From: Candidatus Xenobium occultum
GTDB taxonomy: Bacteria; Vulcanimicrobiota; Xenobia; Xenobiales; Xenobiaceae
Direction of reading: 5' to 3'
Length of the DNA stretch: 64,000 nt
Assembly: GCA_002423485.1 (NCBI GenBank)
Contig: DIWH01000011.1
Coordinates: 72,667 to 136,666, forward strand
Part shown: positions 1-10,500 of the stretch, one piece after another
Numbering within the stretch: position 1 is the first letter of the stretch
Layout of the letters: each line of letters starts with the position of its first letter
Translations under genes and position numbers: made by a program
The notes under the pieces: model-generated
Seen by the model: the letters and a program-made list of their open reading frames with translations, nothing else
Told to the model about the DNA's origin: nothing
Databases searched by the model: none

Positions 1-1
1 C

Positions 2-646
2 GGCTTTGCCACGGGAACCGCCGGCCTGGGAGCCGGGGGCGAAGACTTCCAGACCCTGCACGCCTTCCTGGATCGCTTCCCCATCCGACTGGAAGTTCCC
101 ACGGCCTCGGGAACCAGCCACGTTCCCGGAGAGCCCAGCAACCTGGACCGGGCCTTCCTGGTGGCCCTGGGACGCGAAGAGGACCGCTTCACCTCAGGGA
201 GGAACTTCCCCGACCCTCCCGAGGAGGATCCTCCCGGGATCAACGACGTGCTTCTGCTGGGAAGGGCTGCGATGCAGGGGTTGCAGGATGGGACCCCGCT
301 CCTCTTCGAGCCCGAGCGCTTGGAGGTCTTCCATCGGCACTTCATGGACATCGCCCGAGGGCTGCAGGCCGATGCCGGCACCCAGGGCGCCCTCCTGGAG
401 CACGAGGGCATCACCTGGACCATCTCGCCCCGGAAGCTGCGCTCGCTGTTCAAGATCGCACTGGCCATGGCCATCCTGCGCGACGAAGAGTTCCTGTCCG
501 GAGAACCGGGAGCAGCCCGGGTCCAGGGCCCGGGGGTCGACGGGCTGGAGGCCTTCAGCGCCATCTGGGACTCTCCAGCAGCCCAGAGGCGACTGCGCAA
601 CCGTCTGGAGTCCACCCTGCGTCGGGCCGAGAAGGACCTGGGCTGA
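2..646 (+). CDS. C-terminal fragment (cut by window edge) of an AAA+ ATPase, MoxR/AAA_5-like
   Basis: Frame 2 is open from the window edge to TGA at 644-646. It contains LHAFLDRFPIRLEVP, resembling the LDRF...YP sensor-2 region of MoxR-type ATPases, followed by a helical lid-like tail. Its stop overlaps the next start (TGATG). Confidence 0.45.
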   Translation, partial: GFATGTAGLGAGGEDFQTLHAFLDRFPIRLEVPTASGTSHVPGEPSNLDRAFLVALGREEDRFTSGRNFPDPPEEDPPGINDVLLLGRAAMQGLQDGTPLLFEPERLEVFHRHFMDIARGLQADAGTQGALLEHEGITWTISPRKLRSLFKIALAMAILRDEEFLSGEPGAARVQGPGVDGLEAFSAIWDSPAAQRRLRNRLESTLRRAEKDLG

Positions 647-2262
647 TGAATCCGTCGGAGGCCCTGGCCCGTTCCCTGGTGGCCGACGCCGCGTGCGCCG
701 GCCTTCCTGGGAGTCCGGCTGCCCTGGACAAGGCCCTGGAGTGGGGGCAGCGAGCGGCCGAGCAGGGGCACGCCCTGCCGTTGCCCCTCCTGCTGGATCT
801 GACCGGGTGGCTGGAGCGTCAGGAGGGGCAGAGCCCCGGTGGGACTGAAGAGCTGGCTCCGCCGGAGCCCGGCCCGGCGGGATTCGACCGCTGGGTCTGG
901 GAGCTGGCCGGCCTGATCCGACACTTCGTCGGCGGCCGCTTGGAGGACCTCAGCCTGTACCAGACTGAGCTCAGCTCCGCCGAACTCAGCCGCCTGGCCA
1001 ACCCCGACCACCCCCGCGCCGGCGAGCCCGACAGCCTGCCCTTCCTGCTGTGGGCTGTGCGACCCGTTCCGGTGGAATCGCACGCTCGCCTGGCGGAAGC
1101 CTGCAGGGTCCTGCGCCGCTCCGAGCCGTTGAAGGCGGACCTGGACCGAGCCTGGCGCGGGCCCCGCCCCCCGGCCGGCGACCCCCGTTGGCGGTGGTGG
1201 GCCGACATGGGCGACGGACCCTCGGGGGACCCCTCGGTTGCAGGCCTGTGGAGCCGCTTCGCCAGCGAAGCCGGAGCCGACTGGCTGCACGAGCGGCTGG
1301 ACCATGTCTCCGCTGAGGTCTACCTGAGAGGCGGGGCGATGAACCCCACCTCGCAGCAGGCCCGGCGCCTCGACTTCCTGCAGCGCCGGCGCAGCGAGGT
1401 CTTCTTCACCCCCATGACCACATGCTATGAAGAGTTGGACCCCTTTCAGGGCGCCATCGCCCTGTCCACCCTGAGCATGGGTGACTACGGGATGTACAAG
1501 ATCGCCAACCGGAGCGCGGTCTGGATCTCCAATCCCCCGTCTGCCCGTCCCTCCCACAAGGTGCACGTGCACCTGACCTGGACGACCCGTTTTGAAGGCC
1601 TCCTGCAGTCCGCCGTCTGGCCGATCCCGGCGGAGGGCTCCGATGAACCTGACCGCCTGGAGGTTCCGGCAGCCTCCCTGCTGCAGGGGATCGTGGCCCT
1701 GGTGGTGGATGACTGGCGCTCGGCCCTGCGCCATCTGCCTGTCCAGTTCCACCTGCATCGCGACGCGGAGGACCAGGAGGGGCTCAACCTGGGCGTCGGC
1801 GGCCCCCGTTGGAGAGGACCCGGGGCCCGGACGGGCCTGCCCCCGGCTCACGTCGTCGCCAGGATCTTCCTGCGCAATTCTCTGGCCGACCTGGCGTCCG
1901 GCGAGGCCGACTGGTCCGTCCCCGCCGGTTCGGCGGACAACTCCTACCACTACTGGTTCGGCTTCATCCTGGCCAACGACCTGCGCAGCCTGGGCTTCCG
2001 TGAATCGCGCGAGTCCGACGGCACCACGCCGGGCTGGGAAGGCCCCCCGGGTCGACTTCCGGATTGCCTGAGCCGTCTGGTCCTGCTGGACCCGGGACTC
2101 GGTGTGGACTGGACGATCCTCGATATCCGACGTGAGCGAAGCGATCTTTTGTCCCCCCGGACCCGCTGCCCTGAACCGGGAGGTGAACCCCACCCCTACC
2201 CTGCCTTGCGAAGAGCGACCCTGGACGTGCTGCTGGAGGCACTGGACCGTCGAATGACCTGA
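646..2262 (+). CDS. hypothetical protein (538 aa), no recognisable motif
   Basis: ATG at 646 overlaps the upstream stop. GC3-rich frame. Followed 20 nt later by the next gene, which has a GGAG-type RBS. Confidence 0.6.
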   Translation: MNPSEALARSLVADAACAGLPGSPAALDKALEWGQRAAEQGHALPLPLLLDLTGWLERQEGQSPGGTEELAPPEPGPAGFDRWVWELAGLIRHFVGGRLEDLSLYQTELSSAELSRLANPDHPRAGEPDSLPFLLWAVRPVPVESHARLAEACRVLRRSEPLKADLDRAWRGPRPPAGDPRWRWWADMGDGPSGDPSVAGLWSRFASEAGADWLHERLDHVSAEVYLRGGAMNPTSQQARRLDFLQRRRSEVFFTPMTTCYEELDPFQGAIALSTLSMGDYGMYKIANRSAVWISNPPSARPSHKVHVHLTWTTRFEGLLQSAVWPIPAEGSDEPDRLEVPAASLLQGIVALVVDDWRSALRHLPVQFHLHRDAEDQEGLNLGVGGPRWRGPGARTGLPPAHVVARIFLRNSLADLASGEADWSVPAGSADNSYHYWFGFILANDLRSLGFRESRESDGTTPGWEGPPGRLPDCLSRLVLLDPGLGVDWTILDIRRERSDLLSPRTRCPEPGGEPHPYPALRRATLDVLLEALDRRMT

Positions 2263-2282
2263 ACCGGGAATCGGAGACGAGC

Positions 2283-4391
2283 ATGCCCACCTACGCGGAA
2301 TTCAAGACCATCAAGGACCTGGTGCTGGGACTGCACGTGTGTTCCGGGCCTCGCGTCCGTTTCCCCGAGCAGTTCCTCCAGGCCTCGGACGGGCGCTGGA
2401 TCGTAGAGATCTCGCCCGAGGATCTGGACCTCAACGAGATCCAGGCCGTCCTGGACTCCCTGGCCCCGTCCGACCCGGGTCGGGTCCGGATTGCCTCGGC
2501 GGCCCCCTCCGGGCTCTCGCGACCCATCGTCTCGGTGCTGGATGGGACGTGGGTCTATCGCGACCCGCAGAAGTCTTCCGGCCTCCCCGTCGACCCCGCG
2601 CTCGAGCCCGGCCTGCATCCCCACCGGGAGGGCGTGCGCTACATCCTGGCTGCCCGGGACGCAGCGGGGGCCCAGCGCCTCCTGGAGAACCTCTCCGAAG
2701 CCCTGGTGACGGGGATCCGGGCCTTTTCCTGGCCCCAGGCCACCGAACCAGCCCCCGGAACACATCGGTTCTGGTTGGTCACCTCCAACGATCCCCCCGT
2801 CCCCTACCACGTCCTGGCGGAGGCGGAGCGGGCCTGGTGGGGGCCCCTCGTCACGCGCCCCTGCCAGGTCTTCGTCCAGTGGCCCTACTCGCTGGACCTG
2901 GCTGCCCGACTCCTGGAGCGAATCCCATGGGGTCCGGAAGGCTCGGTGGTGCTTCTGAACCATCCCCGAGAAGCCGCCGGGGACCCGGCCGTGGTGGTGC
3001 TCGAGCCTCCGGGGCAAGCCCGCGAGTTCAGCCCCCTGATCGACGTGGCCGACCTGAGGCTGCGAGGTGAAATGAGCCAGCCGGCCCGTGGCCAGGCCGT
3101 GCCCCCCGCTGCCGAATTCGAGATCCAGGTCCGCCTGGTCGAGGGAACGGAGCGTTCGACCCGGGCTCGGCGCCTGGCCGATCTCAAGCACGAGATCCGG
3201 GCCCTGCAGTTGGCGCTGGCCAGACTGGAAGGGGAACCGGGCGAGCCTCGCTCCCTGGGCGAGGGCCCGTCGGAACCTCTCTTCCTGTTCGCCGGGGATC
3301 CCCCCAAGGGCCCGGGACAGCCGGCCATGCTCCCCGAACCCCTGCAACGGCTGAACGTGGAATGGACCGACCAGCCCCGCGAGTTGGGACGACTGCGCTA
3401 CCTGCAACTCAGCCCCGGCTCACTACCCAGGCACCTGGTCGCCCCGGACCGGGTGGTCCACGTGCTGACCACCGCGGCCGCATTGGGAGAGCCGGGAGAG
3501 GAACCTGGGGCCGACCTGGTCAGCCTGCGCCTGCGCCACGACCTGGCCGAGGGAGAGGGGCTGACGCGCTTCCACCTGCTTCGGGAGTGGGCACGATTCG
3601 GGCTGCGGATCTTCCTGCCGGCCGGGCAGGCCCTGAGCATCTACCCCGACCTGCCGACCTGCACCACGGCGGCCGACAAGCTGGCCTCGGTGCTGCTGCC
3701 CCAGGACGACGGCGACCGGCAAAACTGGTGCGTGCTCTTCTCGCGCGGGCCAGAAGGAAGGACCCAGGTCTGCCGGGTCCGCGGCCCCTTCCGGCGACTG
3801 GTGGAGGCTTCCGAGTGGAAGTGCCGGCTGGACGTGCCCCTTCCCGAGGACTGGGCCGGACGACTGGAGATGTATGCCGCTGAGCAGGCCGACCAGGTGT
3901 TCCTGGAATCCCTGGAGAGGGCCTTCCGCGACGAGGCCCGGGGACATGCCGTCGAGCACCTCGAGACGCGCCGCCGCGAGCTGGCCGGAGAGCTCCAGCA
4001 GACGCACCTGGCCGACCAGGCCGCCCTGCGGGAACAGGCCGGCACCCTGGAAGCGCGAATCCGAGCCGACCGGGAATGGCTCGACCTGGTCGAGGCCGGA
4101 CGCCAGGAGCTCCGCACCCGGGCCGAAGAGATGGCCCGGGTTCAGGCCGACCTGGAGGGGGCGTGCCGTCGCCTGGAACGCGAACTTGAACTGGCGGAGG
4201 GTCGAGCCCAGGGGCTGCGCGAGGTCGCGACACGGATCCTGGACGGTCTGGAGGGACCGGACGAGACCACCCGCCGGGCTCGCGTCCGCACGGAGGAGCT
4301 GCGTCGCTCGCTGAACGAGCTTCTGACCCGACCGGCGGCGCCCCGCCGACGGGTTCGCGGCTGGAGGAGGTGGCTCGGCCGTGGGCAGTGA
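2283..4391 (+). CDS. hypothetical protein (702 aa) with long C-terminal coiled coil (E/R/L/A-rich heptads, last ~170 aa)
   Basis: ATG 2283 preceded by ggagacgag. Continuous GC3-rich frame. The C-terminal region has low-complexity coiled-coil-like composition. Confidence 0.6.
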   Translation: MPTYAEFKTIKDLVLGLHVCSGPRVRFPEQFLQASDGRWIVEISPEDLDLNEIQAVLDSLAPSDPGRVRIASAAPSGLSRPIVSVLDGTWVYRDPQKSSGLPVDPALEPGLHPHREGVRYILAARDAAGAQRLLENLSEALVTGIRAFSWPQATEPAPGTHRFWLVTSNDPPVPYHVLAEAERAWWGPLVTRPCQVFVQWPYSLDLAARLLERIPWGPEGSVVLLNHPREAAGDPAVVVLEPPGQAREFSPLIDVADLRLRGEMSQPARGQAVPPAAEFEIQVRLVEGTERSTRARRLADLKHEIRALQLALARLEGEPGEPRSLGEGPSEPLFLFAGDPPKGPGQPAMLPEPLQRLNVEWTDQPRELGRLRYLQLSPGSLPRHLVAPDRVVHVLTTAAALGEPGEEPGADLVSLRLRHDLAEGEGLTRFHLLREWARFGLRIFLPAGQALSIYPDLPTCTTAADKLASVLLPQDDGDRQNWCVLFSRGPEGRTQVCRVRGPFRRLVEASEWKCRLDVPLPEDWAGRLEMYAAEQADQVFLESLERAFRDEARGHAVEHLETRRRELAGELQQTHLADQAALREQAGTLEARIRADREWLDLVEAGRQELRTRAEEMARVQADLEGACRRLERELELAEGRAQGLREVATRILDGLEGPDETTRRARVRTEELRRSLNELLTRPAAPRRRVRGWRRWLGRGQ

Positions 4392-4569
4392 GGCTATCGG
4401 CCGGCCGCTCCCGAGAAGGCTCCCGGATCCCCCGGTCGGCCCGGGGGATGACCTGAACCATGCCTTGGAGCGGGTTCGAAACGAGTTTGAAAGCCTCCAG
4501 GCGCGCTGGGAGGTCTTCCAGACGATGCCAGGGGAAGAGGAAGGGTCCGAGGGGAGGAGGACCTCGTGA
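4381..4569 (+). CDS. possible small protein (62 aa), GTG start
   Basis: It fills the 175-nt gap between two coupled genes. GTG 4381 follows a GGAGGAGG-like tract. Its stop forms a GTGA overlap with the giant gene start at 4566. GC3 bias is moderate. Confidence 0.3.
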   Translation: MGSEAIGRPLPRRLPDPPVGPGDDLNHALERVRNEFESLQARWEVFQTMPGEEEGSEGRRTS

Positions 4570-7500
4570 GGCCAGACCCGCGTTCCAGGGCAACGGGCAA
4601 CCCGATCCACGTCCTGCTCCCCGCCCTGCTGGCCCTGGGACTTCCCGTCCTGGGGGTCCTGGCCCTGGCCTTGCTGCCGGTGGACCGATACTGGATCCTG
4701 GGCTACGAAGGCCTGCATTTCTACCGCATCTGGCCCTGGCTGATGGTGGCGGCCGCGGCCTGCATCCCCCTGGCGGGAGCCTGGATCCATTCCCGCCACG
4801 GTCGACCGCTGCACCTGCCCGGGATGGCCACCCTGGCCGTCCTGACCATGCTCCTGATCAGCCTGCGTCTGGCCACCTCCTGGAGCCTGGAATGGCACGC
4901 CGGGATGGTCTGGCTGTCCCTGCTGCCCCTGGCCGGCGCCAGCCTCACCCTCGCCCTGGGCTTCCTGGCCTTCAGCGAAGTCTGGAGGCGGGTCTGCAAC
5001 GGGCCCGTGGTGCGCACCTTGACTGGACGCCTGGGCCCGGGCCGCCTTCCGGCGCTACGGGTCGTGCCCGAGCGTTCGCGTTATGCCCGGGGGCGCCCCT
5101 GGGGCTCCCCACACCGCCTGGCGGTCCTGAACGCCAATTTCCAGCTCACCCTGGCCCGTGTGCACTCGGTGGATTCCCCCTATCCCCCGGACGAGGCGGA
5201 CCTGCGCCGGCTCTTCCGGGCCGGCGGGGCCCTGGTCGAGTGCCTGCTGCGCCGCTGGCCTGAGCAGGGCCCTGGATTCCCCTGGATCCTCGGGCTGCCT
5301 GACCGGGCCCAGCGCAGAGACCTCAACCTCCGGACCCTCCTGGACATGATCGCGGTTGGCCTGGAGAGGCTGCGACCCGCCAACAGCCCTGTGGACCCGA
5401 GCCAGGATGCCCTGGCCACCGAGTTGCGCCAGGTCCTGCCCCAATGGATGGAGGCCCTCGAGGTGCTGGCAGGTCCCCAGGCTCCCGGACTGGCCCTGGT
5501 GCGAAGGCTGGTCCGGGCGGGTCTGGACGGCTCGGCCGCCACGCGCGGGTGCGTCGCCGAGATCGTCGAGGAAGCGCGGAATTCCCAGACGTCGGATGCC
5601 GGGCCGAACCTGTCGGGTTGCTGTCCGGCCCTCTGGCTCCTGGTGGTTCCGGACGAGGTGCCGGGCGAACTGGTCCACGACGTCTGGCGCGAACTCTTCC
5701 AACGGGTCCCAGGCGACGGGGCGGAGTCCGCCCCTCCCCTGGCCTGCGAAATCCTCCAGACGCAGCATCTCTGGCGCCTGGTCGACCGACGCCTGGCCCA
5801 CCTCCCCCCTTTGCAACGCTCTGGCTTGGCGAGGCAGAAGGTGATGTTGGAAGAAACCGCCGGCCGATTGCAGGAGCGGGTGGACCTCCTGATGGGCCAA
5901 CACGGAGAGGCGCGCAACCCGTCGGAGGTGACGGCCCGGGCCGGCGCTGGAGTCCCCTCCTGGCCCTACTGGGAGGTCCGCAGGACCCCGGCCGTCCGAC
6001 GCCTGGTCGGGGGACTGGCGGCCCTGGCGCTCGCGCCGGTCCTGCTGGCCCTCCTGGCCAGCAACCCGTACGTCAGCCCCCTGGGAGCCAATACCATCGA
6101 CCACGTCCAGGATCCCCGTTGGTACCGTCCGACCCTGACGGGGGACTGGTTCGACCTGGCCCACAGCAAGAACTGGCTGGCCCTGGCCTCTCGGGAAGGC
6201 GACCTGACGCTCTTCAACACCCGCAGCCGGCTGCCTCGGGAAGCCAACCTGGAGAGTCCAGCCCGGGACGTAGCCGGCGGCATGCAACCGGGAAGCTTCC
6301 TGGCCATCACCCGCGACCAGGGGGTCGAGGAGGTCACCCCCGGGGCCGGGCCCCTGGGAGCCCGGGTCGACCTGGAGACCTGGCTGCCTGCCCGCGAACG
6401 CTGGGGGTGGCCGGGCCCGGGAGGGTTCGAGGCGCGGGCGGTCCTGGCCAATCTCCTGGATGAACGCGGCTGGCTGCTGGCCGTCCGGGGACGGGGTCTG
6501 GCACGGTATGAGTTCAGGAGCGAGCCGAACGGCCGACGGGTCCGAAGCAGGTCCTGGCAGTATGGCTCCTCACCGCACCTGGATCTGGACCAGGTGGCCC
6601 TGACCCTCCAAGGCGCCTGGTACTCCGAAGGCCAGGGCGGACTGGGGTTCGCAGACCTCGACACCCTCGACCCCGTGGGCACACGCAGCGTCTCGACCCC
6701 CCCGATCCGACGACTGGATGCCAACTTCGACCAGGACTGGGCCAGCGCCACCGACAAGCGCGACGGGCTGTGGCTCTTCGACCCCTCGATCGAGCGCTGG
6801 GCCGGGGCCTTCTTCGGACACGTGGAGCGCAGGACCACCTTGAAGTCCCTGGACTCGGTGCGAGCCGCGCGACTGGATGGAGATCTGGCCTGGCTGGGCG
6901 CCCGGGAGGGCCTCTTCGCCTACGACCTGGTCGGCAGGCGGCTCCACCCGGCTGTTCCCGGGTTCTCCAGCACCGCGCTGGAACCCCGGCCAGGCTCGGA
7001 CGCCGAGACTCCCCGGTCGGTCCTGGCGGGCGGTCCGCTGGGCCTGGTCCGGGTCTCGGCCGGGCCTCAGGACTTCCAGACCCGCAGACTGGACTCGGAG
7101 CCGGTGACCAGCCTGGCCCTGGGAGAGGACTCTTCGACCGCCGCATGGCTGGCCGATGGGAAGAGCCTGAAGGTCCTCAAGGAACCCTTCGGGGAGGGCC
7201 GACCCGCGACCTGGGTGCCTGCAGCCGGGGGACCGCGCATGACCGAGTCTCCGACCGTCCTGGATGCACGGCGGGCCAAGGACGGTTTGCTGCTCCTGAC
7301 CCGGGCGGGGGTCATCTACTATCAGGGGACCGAGCACGCCTACCGGGACGCCTCTCGCACCCGGGTGCCGGCTGTCCCTTCCAAGCGCTTCTCCGAGAGG
7401 ATCGAGACCCTGAAGAGCCTCGACGACGTCGATGTCACCGAGGGGCGCCTGGCCATCCTGGGAGACGGGCGACCCCACCTCCTGCAGGAGGACGCCGAGG

Positions 7501-10500
7501 CCGATGCCCCCCTGTGGCGGGCCCTGGACCCCCTGCGCCTGGGCCGACCGGTGCAGGTGGCCCAGGCAGGGGGCCTGGTCTTTGGCCTGGGCGGCGACGG
7601 GCGACTCTTGCGCTACCAGGAGGCCGAGGTCCAGACCTGCCCGGCCACCCCCGGGGGACTTCCCCGGGGGGACTCGTCGCGCTTCCAAACCCGAGGGGAC
7701 CTGTTCGAGCGAAGCGACGAGACCTGGCGGGTCAGCTTCGTGCACGAGGACCGCCTGTACACCTACGACTCGAAGTCGGGGAGCAGCCGCTCCCAGGCCT
7801 TGGCCAGCCACCTCCGAGGTCGGGTGAGCCAGGTCCGCCTGGTTGGCGAAGATCCCTTCCTGCTGGCGGACCAGCGCGTGTTCACCGATCAAGGGGAACC
7901 ACTCTTCGGATTTGGAAGCCTCCCGTTTGCGCCGACCCAGGTCTCGGCCCTGAGCCCGGGAGCGGACTGGCAGACCGTCCTGGTCGGAGGACCCGAAGGC
8001 CGGGTCCTGCAATACCGCTGGAACGACGCTTCCTGGCGTCCGGTCGGGGGACGGCCTCTCCCCGTCAAGAGCCCCCGGTCGACGGTGGAGGAAGTCCTCC
8101 AGACTCCGGGTGCGGTCCTGACCCGGGCAGAGGGCAGGGTCTTCCGCGGCACTTCCCGGGGTTGGGCGCCCGTCCCCGACTGCCGACGCGCCGCCTTCCC
8201 TCTGGCGGGCCTCTCCGGGTGGGGCCTCTTCCGCGACCACGTCCAACGGATGGACGCCAGGTCCAGTCGACCCGAAGGCCCCTTCTACTGCACCGGGATG
8301 ACCGAGGCCCGCCCTCGCGGCGGATGGCGCGCAGCCTGGCAGGACGAGTCGGGGCTGGTCCTGTTCTCTGAAGAAGGTTCGTATGCCACCTATGATCCGG
8401 ACACCGACTCGTGGAGTTCGGGCAGGCTCCAGGGTCTGAAGGAACTGGACGGCTTCACCCCTTGGAAAGGCGGAATGATGGTCCTGCAAGGGAAGAGCGT
8501 GCATCGCATCGTGCGCGACCCGAATCGCGGCCCGCTCAAACCCGAGCTCTTCGCGACGGCCCCGGGCCCGGCTCGCGGGATATCCCTGGCCAGCACCGGC
8601 TCGAAGCTGCGCATGTCCTACCTGCACGGCGGCGACGTGGTGGTTCGCGAGTGGGAACAGCCCCGGGGCCTGCCGGGTGAAGTCCGCCGCCGGCAGCGCC
8701 CGATTCCCGAAGGATTCGACGCTGCCGACGTGGTGGCGGCCACGCCGGCCGGTCGAGGTGCGCTTTTCTTCGACAGCCGGGGAGCCTGCGCCAGCTACGA
8801 TCCCCTGCTGGGACGTTGGGGACTGCTGCGCCAGGCCCGACCGGGCCAGACGGTCTTCGCCTGGGTCTCCTCCCCGCGGCCGGCCCTGGTCCTGCGCACG
8901 GAAGACAACCGGACCCACACCTTGCGGACCCTGCCGGACCTGACGCTGTCCGAGCGCGTGTACGAAACACCTCCCGAGCAGGTCCTGGAGCGGTTGGAGT
9001 GGGAAGGTTGCACATGGAAGGCCCCAGGCGAGGGGACGCTGCTGGAGACCGAGACGCTGCGGATCACCCGCCAGCAGGGACAGACCCGCTATGAAGCCGG
9101 ACGAGACCGGCAATGGATGCCCCTGCACCTGAAATCCACGGGATTTGCGGAGGACCAGCCCACGACGGTGCTGATGACCTCCAACGGCACCCCCTGGATC
9201 CTGGCGGGAGAAAGGCTCTTCCAGGTTCAGCCCAACGAAGCCTCCAAAGGCCTGGCCTTCACGGGTCGAGTGCTCCCGGGTCCTGTCCAGGCCGCCGGGG
9301 CCCTGGCCCAGGTCGAGATCCGGACGCAAGACCCTGGGGGCCTGGCCCGGTGGACCGAGCCGGAGCCGGGAGCCGCCTTGCAGGCCATCCCTGCCGACTC
9401 CAGCACTCCCCTGGCCCGCTCCACGATAGCCGGACACGAGGTCGAATGGGTGCTGGATCCCGCCCAGAAGGGAATCCCTGCCCAGGTCTCGGTGATTCCC
9501 AGGCATCGGGACGGACGTCCGACCGCCTTCACGGAAGAGGGTCGGCTGGACTTCCAGACCATCCAGGATCTGGCCGTGATGAACGATCGGCTGTTACTGG
9601 CCACCCCGACCGGGGTCGTGGTCCGCGACGCCCAGAGCTTCGCCTTCCGCGAGCTGCATGCCGGCCCGCCGGTCCGGGCCCTGATCCGCGCCTTCGGGCC
9701 CGAACGCCTGCTGGCCCGCCTGGCCGACGGGCGCGTGGTGGACTGGCAGGAGCAGGGGTTGGGAGGCGAGGACCTCCGGGGGACCCCCCAGGGTACCTCC
9801 CGAGTCGAGATGGGCCCCGTCACCTGGAGCCTGCTGATTTCCGGAAAACCCGGGGTCGGCTCGGGACTGGCCCTGACCATGAAGGAATCGCCCGTAGAGT
9901 GGCGACCGAGCCAGGACGGCTGGCTGCCCGAGATGGACCGGGTGGCGCGCCTGGATCGCCTGGCCTCGGCGGAACGGGCCCTGGTCCTGGGAACCGGGGC
10001 CGGCTCCTGGCGACTGGACCCGGACAACCTGCGGGCCTTCGAACCCGTTCCGGCGGTGGAACCCGAGAAGGTCCAGGGAGGCCACGCGGCCCTGGAGGTG
10101 ACTGCCGAAGCCCCGGTCCTGACCCTGCGGGCCCCGGACGACGGGCCGGTCTTCAACCAGGGGAGATTCTACTTCGATGTCGGCGGGGGCCTGCGCGGCC
10201 TGGGCTCTTCCATCTACACGCTGGTGCCGGGACGGGGCCTGGTGGGCCGGGACTCGGCCGCCCCCAACCACATCCTGGGCTACTGGCCACTGGATCGGCA
10301 GATGCCGGACGGACGGCCCGCCCTGGCCGCCGAGGACGGTCGACTCTCCCTGGCCTTCCAATCCTCCTCTCCCTCCCAGCGGACCCGATGGTTGCTGCCC
10401 CCGGAGGAGGGGGCTCGCTGGCGGCGGGATCCGAACCCGAATCGACCCGAGCGGGTCGAGTACGGGCCCGTCACCTGGCGTGGTTGGCGGGACGGACGAA

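Noticed and set aside
3423-4898. 491-aa and 357-aa minus-strand ORFs overlapping the 702-aa gene and the operon junction
   Set aside because: They are antisense to well-supported coupled genes, have low-complexity Pro/Gly/Arg content, and show no RBS context.
6570-9506. 978-aa ORF antisense to the giant gene
   Set aside because: It lies entirely within the opposite-strand 2470-aa CDS and has an Arg/Gly/Pro-dominated composition. It is the kind of antisense open frame produced by extreme GC3 bias in the sense gene.
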